Positions 56,098-64,000 of a stretch of DNA of 64,000 nucleotides are shown here, one piece after another. The notes beneath the pieces are model-generated. The model ran no database searches. It was given only the letters and a program-made list of their open reading frames with translations, and was not told where the DNA came from. The stretch lies in NCBI GenBank assembly GCA_965223795.1, contig CBDCXL010000002.1:2944001-3008000 (forward strand), in the 5' to 3' direction. The position numbers and the translations under genes are program-made. Each line of letters starts with the position of its first letter. The stretch's first letter is position 1. The DNA comes from Nitrospinales bacterium (GTDB lineage: Bacteria; Nitrospinota; Nitrospinia; Nitrospinales; VA-1).

Positions 56098-59000
56098 ATG
56101 ACGCAACCGGCCAGTTTCGTACACCTGCACCTGCACACGATGTACAGCCTGCTGGATTCCTCGATCCGGCACGACGCCCTGTTCCAGCGCGCGGCGGAAT
56201 ACGGCATGCCCGCGGTCGCCATGACCGACCACGGCAACCTGTTCGGCGCGGTGGAGTTTTACAACGGCGCGAAAAAGCACGGCCTCAAGCCGATCATCGG
56301 CTGCGAGGTGTACGTCGCGCCCGAGAGCCGGACCGAAAAATCCAGCAACCACCGCCTGCGCGACGCCTCCTACCACCTCATCCTGCTGGCCGAGAACGAC
56401 ACGGGCTATAAAAATTTAATGCGCCTGGTCACTTCCGCCTACCTGGAGGGCTTTTACTACAAGCCGCGGATCGATAAGGAACTGCTGGCCGAGCACGCCG
56501 AGGGCCTGATCGCGCTCAGCTCCTGTGGGCGCGGAGAAGTGGCTTACAACCTCAACAAGGAGAACTTCCCGCGCGCGGTCAAGATCGCCGAGCAGTACCG
56601 CGACATCATGGGGCCGGACAATTTTTTCCTCGAGCTGCAAAACCACAAGCAGGACTACCAGGACAAGATCAACCGCGACCTGATCCGCCTGGGCGAGAAG
56701 CTGTCGCTGCCGGTGGTGGCCACCAACAACTGCCATTACCTGGAACGCAAGGATTTCCGGGCGCACGAAATTCTTTTATGTTTGCAGACGGGAAAGACCA
56801 TCAGCGACCAGTACCGCATGCAATACCCCTCGGACGAGTATTATTTCAAGTCTCCCGAGGAGATGATCGAGCTGTTCAAGGAAGTGCCGGAAGCCATCGA
56901 GAACACGCTCAAGATCGCCGAACGCTGCGACCTCCATATCGAATTCGACAAGCTCAACCTGCCGGAATACCCGGTGCCCGAGGGCTACACGCTGGAAACC
57001 TATCTCGAGGAACGGGCGCGCGAGGGGCTCAACGAACGGCTGGAATGGATGCGCGGTCAGGGCGCCGAGCCGGGCACCTCCGCGTACGAGGCGCGCCTGG
57101 ACGAGGAACTGGGGATCATCCGCAAGATGGGCTATCCGGGCTATTTCCTCATCGTGTGGGATTTCATCCACCACGCCAAAAGCCAGGACATCCCGGTGGG
57201 GCCGGGGCGCGGCTCCGCCGCGGGCAGCGTCGTCGCCTACGCGCTGCGCATCACCGACATCGATCCTCTGGAGTACGGCCTGCTGTTCGAGCGGTTTCTG
57301 AACCCGGAGCGGGTGAGCATGCCGGATATCGACATCGACTTCTGCATCCAGGGGCGGGACGCGGTCATTCAGTACGTGACGGAAAAATACGGCGGCAACC
57401 AGAACGTGTCGCAGATCATCACCTTCGGCAGCATGAATGCCAAGGGCGTGCTGCGCGACGTCGGCCGGGTGCTCGACATGACCTACGGCGAGGTCGACAA
57501 GATCGCCAAGCTGGTGCCCAACCGGCTGAACATCACGCTCAACGACGCGTTCAACGAAGAGCCGCGCTTCAACCAGATGCGCAAGGAGAGCGAGAAGGTG
57601 GCGGAGCTTCTGGACATCGCCAGCGCGCTGGAAGGGCTGCCGCGCCACTGCTCGACGCACGCGGCGGGGGTGGTCATCTCCTCGCAACCGCTGACTCAGT
57701 TTCTGCCGCTCTACAAAGGCGGCAACGACGAGGTCGTGACCCAGTTCTCGATGGGCAGCGTGGAAAAGCTCGGGATGCTCAAGATGGATTTTCTCGGGCT
57801 CAAGACGCTGACGGTCATCGACCAGGCGCTCCGGCTCATCAAGGAGGCGAAGGACATCGACCTCGACATTCAGGCGATTCCCTACGACGACGCGGAGACC
57901 TACAAGCTCCTGGGCGAAGCGCGGACTCTGGGCGTGTTCCAGCTTGAAAGCTCGGGGATGCGGGATCTGCTCAAAAAGATGAAGCCGGACTGCTTCGAGG
58001 ACATCATCGCGCTGCTCGCCCTGTACCGCCCCGGCCCGCTGGAGTCGGGCATGGTGGACACGTACATCAAGTGCAAGCACGGAACCGAGAAGGTGCAGTA
58101 CGAACTGCCGCAGCTGGAAAAGATCCTGAAAGAAACGCACGGCGTCATCCTGTATCAGGAGCAGGTGATGAACATCGCCAGCGTGCTGGCGGGATTCACG
58201 CTGGGCGACGCGGATCTTTTGCGGCGCGCGATGGGCAAGAAGAAGCCCGAGGAGATGGCGGCGCAGCGGGAAAAATTCATGCAGGGCTGCGGCCAGAACA
58301 AGATCCCCGACAAGAAGGCGGACAAGATCTTCAACCTGATGGAAAAGTTTTCCGGCTACGGCTTCAACAAGTCCCACAGCGCCGCCTACGCCCAGGTTTC
58401 CTATCAGACCGCGTACCTCAAGGCGCACTACCCGCTGGAGTTTTTCGGCGCGCTGATCACCAGCGACATGGACAACACCGACAAGGTGCTGCGCTACATC
58501 CACGACTGCCGCGAGATGGGCATCCGGGTCCGGCCGCCGGACGTGAACGCCAGCACGAAGGATTTTTCCATCGTCGAGAACCAGCTTCTGTTCGGACTGG
58601 GCGCGATCAAGAACGTCGGCTCGGCGGCGATCGACTCGATCATCGAGACGCGCAGGGAGCACCAGCGGTTCGCTTCGTTCAAGGCGTTCTGCGAGTGCGT
58701 CGATCTCAGGCAGGTGAACCGGCGGGTCATCGAGAGCCTGATCAAAAGCGGCGCCTGCGATTCGTTCGGCGAGAGCCGGGCCCTGATGATGCGCGACCTG
58801 CAGGCGACGATGGAAATGGCGCAGGCGAAGCAGCGCGACCGGCAGCTGGGGCAGTCGAGCATGTTCGAAGTGTTCGAGGAGCAGATGGAAGCCGAGCCGG
58901 AAGCGGCGGCCGAGGCTGAAGAGTGGAGCGAGCAGGAACGGCTGAAGTTCGAGAAGGAAACGGTCGGCTTTTACATCACCGGCCATCCGCTGCAGCGTTA

Positions 59001-59562
59001 CGCCAGAGACATCACCTGGTTCACCGACGCCACCTCCGCCAGCGTCGGCGAGTTGTCGAGCAACGCCAAGGTGCGCATCGCCGGCATTCCCATCAAGGTG
59101 CTGCCCAAGACCACGCGCAAGGGGGACAAGATGGGCATCGTGACGCTTGAGGACCTGCAGGGTTCCATCGACGTCATCCTGTGGCCGGAGACCTACGCCG
59201 CCTCGGAGGAGCTGTTGCATGTGGAGGAGCCGCTGCTGGTCACGGGCACGGTGGACTCGGAGGGCAACCTGCCCAAGGTGATCGTCCAGGAAATCGGCCT
59301 TCTGTCGGATGTCAAGAGCCAGTGGAAGGGCAAGGTCCACATCCACCTGCGCACGCCGGGGCTGGAACGGCAGACGCTGATGGAAATCAAAACCATTCTC
59401 TCGGCGCACAAGGGGAGAAACGAAACCTTTCTGCACTTCATGTTTCCCGACAACAAGGAGAAGATCCTGAGCGTGGACCCGGACCTGCGCATCCAGCCTT
59501 CCGACGGCGTGGTGGAGGAAATCGAAGCCCTTCTGGGCGAAGACACCATCCGCTTCGAATGA
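56098..59562 (+). CDS. dnaE: DNA polymerase III alpha subunit
   Basis: FVHLHLHT.YSLLD, GRGSAAGS, PDIDIDF, KMDFLGL, YGFNKSHS. Confidence 0.98.
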   Translation: MTQPASFVHLHLHTMYSLLDSSIRHDALFQRAAEYGMPAVAMTDHGNLFGAVEFYNGAKKHGLKPIIGCEVYVAPESRTEKSSNHRLRDASYHLILLAENDTGYKNLMRLVTSAYLEGFYYKPRIDKELLAEHAEGLIALSSCGRGEVAYNLNKENFPRAVKIAEQYRDIMGPDNFFLELQNHKQDYQDKINRDLIRLGEKLSLPVVATNNCHYLERKDFRAHEILLCLQTGKTISDQYRMQYPSDEYYFKSPEEMIELFKEVPEAIENTLKIAERCDLHIEFDKLNLPEYPVPEGYTLETYLEERAREGLNERLEWMRGQGAEPGTSAYEARLDEELGIIRKMGYPGYFLIVWDFIHHAKSQDIPVGPGRGSAAGSVVAYALRITDIDPLEYGLLFERFLNPERVSMPDIDIDFCIQGRDAVIQYVTEKYGGNQNVSQIITFGSMNAKGVLRDVGRVLDMTYGEVDKIAKLVPNRLNITLNDAFNEEPRFNQMRKESEKVAELLDIASALEGLPRHCSTHAAGVVISSQPLTQFLPLYKGGNDEVVTQFSMGSVEKLGMLKMDFLGLKTLTVIDQALRLIKEAKDIDLDIQAIPYDDAETYKLLGEARTLGVFQLESSGMRDLLKKMKPDCFEDIIALLALYRPGPLESGMVDTYIKCKHGTEKVQYELPQLEKILKETHGVILYQEQVMNIASVLAGFTLGDADLLRRAMGKKKPEEMAAQREKFMQGCGQNKIPDKKADKIFNLMEKFSGYGFNKSHSAAYAQVSYQTAYLKAHYPLEFFGALITSDMDNTDKVLRYIHDCREMGIRVRPPDVNASTKDFSIVENQLLFGLGAIKNVGSAAIDSIIETRREHQRFASFKAFCECVDLRQVNRRVIESLIKSGACDSFGESRALMMRDLQATMEMAQAKQRDRQLGQSSMFEVFEEQMEAEPEAAAEAEEWSEQERLKFEKETVGFYITGHPLQRYARDITWFTDATSASVGELSSNAKVRIAGIPIKVLPKTTRKGDKMGIVTLEDLQGSIDVILWPETYAASEELLHVEEPLLVTGTVDSEGNLPKVIVQEIGLLSDVKSQWKGKVHIHLRTPGLERQTLMEIKTILSAHKGRNETFLHFMFPDNKEKILSVDPDLRIQPSDGVVEEIEALLGEDTIRFE

Positions 59563-59572
59563 ATTTTGCGGC

Positions 59573-60223
59573 TCAGGCGGCCGGGGCGGCCCGCCGCATG
59601 GTCTTGATGTGCTCGCGAATGGCCGCTTCCAGCGCGCCGCCCGCATTGTGGGCGGGGTGAAAGGGAATTCTCAAAACCGCGCCTGAGTGCGAATCGAGCC
59701 TGAGGGCCGGGACCCAGGGGGTTCCCAGGCCCAGCGCCGGAAGGAAGAACACCCGGTCTGTGGCGATGGATTTCACGTCCGGCCAGGACAGGGCGGTTTT
59801 GGCGGCGCACAGGGGGAGCTGCCATTTGGCGAAGTGCATGGCGGCGCCGCGCGGACTGAGGGTGACGAAATGCCGCCGCGGAAACAACTCGCGGCTGCGC
59901 CAGAGCAGCTTGAGCGCCCGGTAGAGGCCGTACAGCAGGGCCACGGCGAGCAGGCCGATGAGCGCGCGGTTGAGGTCCGGAGCGCTGCCTCCCCAGAGGA
60001 TGGCGGTGAGCAGCCAGACCAGGGCGGCGGTGAACAGGAGCAGCGGGGCCGTCATGAACCCGCCGTGGAAACTCAGGCCCAGGGCCGGGAGGCCCGCGGG
60101 CAGGATCACGGTGACGCCGTTTCGGGTCTCCAAAATGGCGGAAGAGCGGGCTTCGGTCTCGTTGTCCTGCACAAAATCCAGAGCGATTTCATGGTCTTTC
60201 GCCTGCCAGCGATCCGCGGTCAT
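59573..60223 (-). CDS. Hypothetical membrane protein
   Basis: 216-aa ORF with 2-3 TM segments. Confidence 0.6.
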   Translation of the reverse strand: MTADRWQAKDHEIALDFVQDNETEARSSAILETRNGVTVILPAGLPALGLSFHGGFMTAPLLLFTAALVWLLTAILWGGSAPDLNRALIGLLAVALLYGLYRALKLLWRSRELFPRRHFVTLSPRGAAMHFAKWQLPLCAAKTALSWPDVKSIATDRVFFLPALGLGTPWVPALRLDSHSGAVLRIPFHPAHNAGGALEAAIREHIKTMRRAAPAA

Positions 60224-60421
60224 GACGGTATCCCCGAATAACAGGCGCGTTGGGCGCCGGGCGGGCGGCCCCCGTGGCGGGCTTTCGAACGGTTATTGTG
60301 CGATTTTCGAACGGGTTTCACGGTGCGTGACTCTTTGTTTTCTGGAAATTGCGGGCCCATGCGATAATGGTTGAAGATCATAACGGCAAACCGCACAAAT
60401 GAAAACCCGGGAAATTCCTGC

Positions 60422-61738
60422 ATGAACCTGACCCTCGCCGAAGTCGCGGCGCAAAATCACAAGGACATTTTAAAAAACGGACTGACCGTCGTCACCGTCG
60501 AGATGCCGTACATCCACACGATGGAACTGGTCATGTTCGTGCGCGCCGGGCTGCGTTTTGAAAACGAGGACAACAACGGCATCTCGCATTTTCTCGAACA
60601 CATGATGTTTAGGGGAAACCGCGAATACCCGACCTCGCTCCTGCTCAACCGCAAGTTCGAGACGCTGGGGACGGATCTGCGCGCTTCCACCCTGAGCGAA
60701 TACACCAGCTACGGGTTCAGCCCGCACCGCACGCAGCTTAAGCCCGCGATGCAGGCGTTCGCAGGATTTTTTACCTATCCCACGTTTCCGCAAATCGAGC
60801 TGGAACGGGAAATCATCCTAGAAGAGTACCTGGAAGAGCTGAACGAAAACGGCGAAAATGTGGACATCGACGATCAGGCCTGCCGGCTGCTGTACCGCGG
60901 CACGCCGCTCGCCATGCCGACGGTGGGGACCGAGCAGACCATCAAGGGAATCACCACGCCGATGCTGGAGGAATATTTCAGGAAGCACTACATCCCGAAA
61001 AACATGGTCCTCGCCGTGGCGGGGCCGGTCGAGCACGGAGAGTTTATAAGGCTTGCGGAAAAATATTTTTCCGGGCTCACCAACGGCGGCACCGTCGTTG
61101 CGGCGGATCATTTCCAGAACTCGCTTGTGGAAGAACAGAACGAGCCGCAGTTTCTGTTTCAGCACGACTCCGACAGCCAGATTCAATTGCAGCTTTGTTT
61201 CCGCGCCCTGTCCTACAACCATCCGGACTACTACACGCTGTACCTGCTGAGCCGCATCTTCGACGACGGCTTCAGCTCCCGGCTGCAGCGGGCGCTGCGC
61301 GAGGACCGGGGTCTGGTGTATTCGGTGGACTGCCGGGTCACCTGCTGGTCCGATACGGGAACGATCGACTTCGACGCGTCGGTGCGCCCGGAAAAAGTTC
61401 AGGAGGTGGCGCGCATCCTGTTCCAGGAAATCCGCGCGTTCATCGATGCGGGCCCGACCGAGGAAGAGGTGCAGCACGTGAAGAAGCGCAGCTTCTACGA
61501 TCTGGATGTGGACCGCGACGATCCTTACAAACAGATCGTGCGGCACGGATTTCCCCTGCTGTATTCCTACGAAGTGTCGGTGGAGGAGGAGTGGGCGATT
61601 CTGGAAAAGATCACCCGCGAGGACATCCACCGGCTGGCCCGCAGTCTGTTTGTGCCGGAGAAACTCAACCTGGTGGTGGTGGGCCCGCACACGCCGGAGA
61701 TCAAGCAGGGCCTGGAAGACCTCGCCCGTTCGTTTTAA
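60422..61738 (+). CDS. M16 family zinc peptidase
   Basis: GISHFLEHMMFRG (HxxEH), SSRLQRALREDRGLVY. Confidence 0.92.
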   Translation: MNLTLAEVAAQNHKDILKNGLTVVTVEMPYIHTMELVMFVRAGLRFENEDNNGISHFLEHMMFRGNREYPTSLLLNRKFETLGTDLRASTLSEYTSYGFSPHRTQLKPAMQAFAGFFTYPTFPQIELEREIILEEYLEELNENGENVDIDDQACRLLYRGTPLAMPTVGTEQTIKGITTPMLEEYFRKHYIPKNMVLAVAGPVEHGEFIRLAEKYFSGLTNGGTVVAADHFQNSLVEEQNEPQFLFQHDSDSQIQLQLCFRALSYNHPDYYTLYLLSRIFDDGFSSRLQRALREDRGLVYSVDCRVTCWSDTGTIDFDASVRPEKVQEVARILFQEIRAFIDAGPTEEEVQHVKKRSFYDLDVDRDDPYKQIVRHGFPLLYSYEVSVEEEWAILEKITREDIHRLARSLFVPEKLNLVVVGPHTPEIKQGLEDLARSF

Positions 61739-61764
61739 ACAATCCTTTGAAAATCCCTGATTCG

Positions 61765-62568
61765 ATGCCCTTCGACGTATTTCCATTTCGCGGTTTTTTT
61801 CTGCTGTCCGTTTTCGTGCTCTGTCTGGCGGCGGCGGGCTGCGGCGTCAGCGGCAAGGATGTGGAGGCCTGCCTGGACAGCGGCGAGTGCATCGCCGTGG
61901 TGGAGGTCCCGGAAGTGTCTCAGGCGCTGCCGCTCGATCCGGCGGCGGCGCTGTGGAACAGCGGCGCGCAGGCGGTGTCGATCGATCTCGGTCCGCAGAT
62001 GATCACCAACCCCAAATGGCCCGATCCCGCGGTCAAGTCGGTGCGGGTGCAGGCGTTTCGCACGAGACAGGAATTGGCGATCCGCATCGAGTGGCAGGAC
62101 GCCACCCAGGACAGCCGCACCGATCTGACGGATTATTACTCCGACATGGCGGCGGTCATGTTTCCGGTCAAGCCGGGCAAGGAACCGCCGGTCATCATGA
62201 TGGGCGCGGAGGACACGCCGGTCAACATCTGGCAGTGGAAAGCCATCTGGCAAAATGGGCTTGAACCGCAAAAGCCGCGCCGCGGCCCGGATGCACCGGC
62301 TTCGCAGCGTAGCTCACCGGTGGAGGATCTGAACGCCGAGGGTTTCAGCACGCTCACCACGCAGGAGGTACAGAGCGTGCTGGGCCAGGCGGACCGCAAG
62401 GACGGCCATTGGCGGGTGGTGTTCAAACGCTCATTGACCAATGCGGACGAAAACGACGCGCAGTTTGAGCATTCGATGCCGATGGCGGTGGCGGTGTGGA
62501 ACGGCTACAACCGGGAGCGCAACGGCCAGAAGGGCATCGCGGGCTGGATCCTGCTTCGCTTTTCCTAG
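61765..62568 (+). CDS. Ethylbenzene-dehydrogenase gamma-like (DMSO reductase type II heme b) lipoprotein
   Basis: AAGC lipobox-like; IEWQDAT, DMAAVMFP, MMG...VNIWQWKA, AVWNG...ERNGQK. Confidence 0.8.
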   Translation: MPFDVFPFRGFFLLSVFVLCLAAAGCGVSGKDVEACLDSGECIAVVEVPEVSQALPLDPAAALWNSGAQAVSIDLGPQMITNPKWPDPAVKSVRVQAFRTRQELAIRIEWQDATQDSRTDLTDYYSDMAAVMFPVKPGKEPPVIMMGAEDTPVNIWQWKAIWQNGLEPQKPRRGPDAPASQRSSPVEDLNAEGFSTLTTQEVQSVLGQADRKDGHWRVVFKRSLTNADENDAQFEHSMPMAVAVWNGYNRERNGQKGIAGWILLRFS

Positions 62569-62659
62569 CGGATTCGCGGGAATGCGGCCCTATCCGGCTG
62601 TGGCGGTGTGAGCAGTGAAACGCCCGCACAGGCAGCCGGCGTGATTCAGGGCATCCGGA

Positions 62660-64000
62660 TCAGTCGGTCACCGCGCCGCGCGACGCGGAGGAGACGGCTT
62701 TCGCGTACTTGGCCAGAACGCCGGACGCATACTTGATGGGCGGCGGCGTCCAGGCGGCCCTTCGCTTTTCGATTTCTTCCTCAGACAGATCCGCTTCCAG
62801 TTTGTGGTTGTCGAGATCCACGGTGATGCGGTCTCCCTGCTCCAGTAAAGCGATCAATCCGCCCGCCTGCGCCTCCGGAGCGACATGGCCGACGACGATG
62901 CCGTAGGTGCCGCCGGAAAACCGGCCGTCGGTGATGAGCGCCACCTTGTCCCCCAGGCCTTCGCCGACCAGCGCGGAGGTGGGCGCCAGCATCTCCCGCA
63001 TCCCCGGCCCGCCTTTGGGGCCTTCGTAGCGCACGACGACCACGTCGCCCGGCTCGATCTTCTTCGCCAGGATGGCTTCCAGGCATTCCTCTTCCGAGTC
63101 GAAAATCTTCGCGGGTCCGGTGAGCTTGCGGGTCTGAATGCCGGAGATCTTGGCGACCGACCCTTCCGGACTCAGGTTGCCCTTGAGCACGGCGAGGTGG
63201 CCTTCCGGCGACTTGGCCTTGTCGAAGGGCAGGATGACGTCCTGGTTCGCGTCCGGAAGATCGGGGACGTCTTTCAGGTTCTCGGCGACGGTTTTTCCGG
63301 TCACGGTCGGACAGTCGCCGTGCAGCAGTCCGGCGTTGAGCAGCATCTTCATGACCTGAGGGATGCCGCCGGCACGGTGCAGATCGACGGTGACGTATTT
63401 GCCCGAAGGTTTGAGGTCGCAGAACAGCGGCGTGCGTTTGCGGACCGCTTCGAAATCCTCGATCTTGAGATCGACGCCGACGGAATGGGCGATGGCCAAT
63501 AGATGCAGCACTGCGTTGGTGGAGCCGCCCACCGCCATGACCACGGCGATGGCGTTTTCCAGGGCCTTGCGGCTCAGGATGTCTTTCGGGCAGATGTTTT
63601 TCTCCAGCAGCGGGAACAATGCCGCCGCGCTGTCGCCGGTGTTGATCTCTTTTTCCTTATCTTCGTTCGACATGGTGGAGCTGTACGGCAGGCTGAGCCC
63701 CATCGCCTCGATGGCGGAGGACATGGTGTTGGCGGTGAACATGCCGCCGCAGGAGCCGTAGCCTGGACAGGCGTTTTTTTCGATCGCCGTCAATTGCGTT
63801 TCGTCGATGGTGCCGGCGCTGTGCTGCCCCACGCCTTCGAACACGCTGACGACGGTGAGGTCCTTGTCCTCCAGGTGGCCGGGCTTGATGGTGCCGCCGT
63901 ACACGAAAATACTGGGGATGTCCAGACGCGCCATGGCGATCACCGCGCCGGGCATGTTCTTGTCGCAGCCGCCGATGCAGATCACCGCATCCAGGTTGGC
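62660..64000 (-). CDS. ilvD: Dihydroxy-acid dehydratase (5' end outside window)
   Basis: [49 protein letters not shown]. Confidence 0.97.
   Translation of the reverse strand, partial: ANLDAVICIGGCDKNMPGAVIAMARLDIPSIFVYGGTIKPGHLEDKDLTVVSVFEGVGQHSAGTIDETQLTAIEKNACPGYGSCGGMFTANTMSSAIEAMGLSLPYSSTMSNEDKEKEINTGDSAAALFPLLEKNICPKDILSRKALENAIAVVMAVGGSTNAVLHLLAIAHSVGVDLKIEDFEAVRKRTPLFCDLKPSGKYVTVDLHRAGGIPQVMKMLLNAGLLHGDCPTVTGKTVAENLKDVPDLPDANQDVILPFDKAKSPEGHLAVLKGNLSPEGSVAKISGIQTRKLTGPAKIFDSEEECLEAILAKKIEPGDVVVVRYEGPKGGPGMREMLAPTSALVGEGLGDKVALITDGRFSGGTYGIVVGHVAPEAQAGGLIALLEQGDRITVDLDNHKLEADLSEEEIEKRRAAWTPPPIKYASGVLAKYAKAVSSASRGAVTD

Noticed and set aside
56098..59562. Intein in dnaE
   Set aside because: Length (1154 aa) and motif continuity are normal; no splice-junction insert visible.
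56776..59646. 956-aa antisense ORF over dnaE (likewise 4738-6801, 40123-41880, 32317-34095, 41955-43322)
   Set aside because: Typical stop-free antisense frames of GC-rich genes; the opposite strand has clear family motifs.
61195..61764. N-terminal 190 aa of the 457-aa ORF
   Set aside because: Overlaps the M16 peptidase in another frame; the real gene probably starts at ATG 61765 with a lipoprotein-like signal.

Overview
A GC-rich bacterial chromosomal segment. Gene content (b6-like cytochrome b, EB_dh-type heme b protein, RI-like LRR protein) would fit a Nitrospina-like organism, but this is inference only. There are four blocks. (1) 1-2244: tail of an Anbu/proteasome-type protease gene, a transglutaminase and a convergent amidoligase. 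(2) 2.5-12.7 kb: a compact trans-envelope cyclic-nucleotide signalling cluster with a TPR/beta-barrel protein, a sigma54-preceded FecR-domain protein, a CHASE2 class III cyclase with non-canonical specificity residues, and two effectors sharing a paralogous cNMP-PAS input (a hybrid histidine kinase and a degenerate GGDEF-EAL protein). (3) 12827-31592: a ~18.7 kb island at tRNA-Glu(CTC), bounded by a perfect 50-bp direct repeat with a tyrosine-recombinase-type core, but with no integrase left inside. It carries an unexplained three-gene operon (827-aa putative GS/GCS-fold ligase, phosphatidylserine decarboxylase-like, Lgt-like), a phosphomannomutase, a PhoX-like phosphatase, a GAK-type cluster (amphi-Trp x2, HprK-related kinase, ATP-grasp, PhoU-kinase, PHP-like), a PHP-GT4 fusion and a serine hydrolase, with an overall phosphate/lipid-remodelling theme. 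(4) 31.6-64 kb: mostly housekeeping genes (tRNA-Gln, rsmD, mnmA, suhB, speA, lysA, ald, dnaE, ilvD) with small accessory inserts, palindromic repeats, and a redox/metal operon built on a Rieske-less cytochrome b. All family assignments come from motif recognition by eye; no database searches were run.
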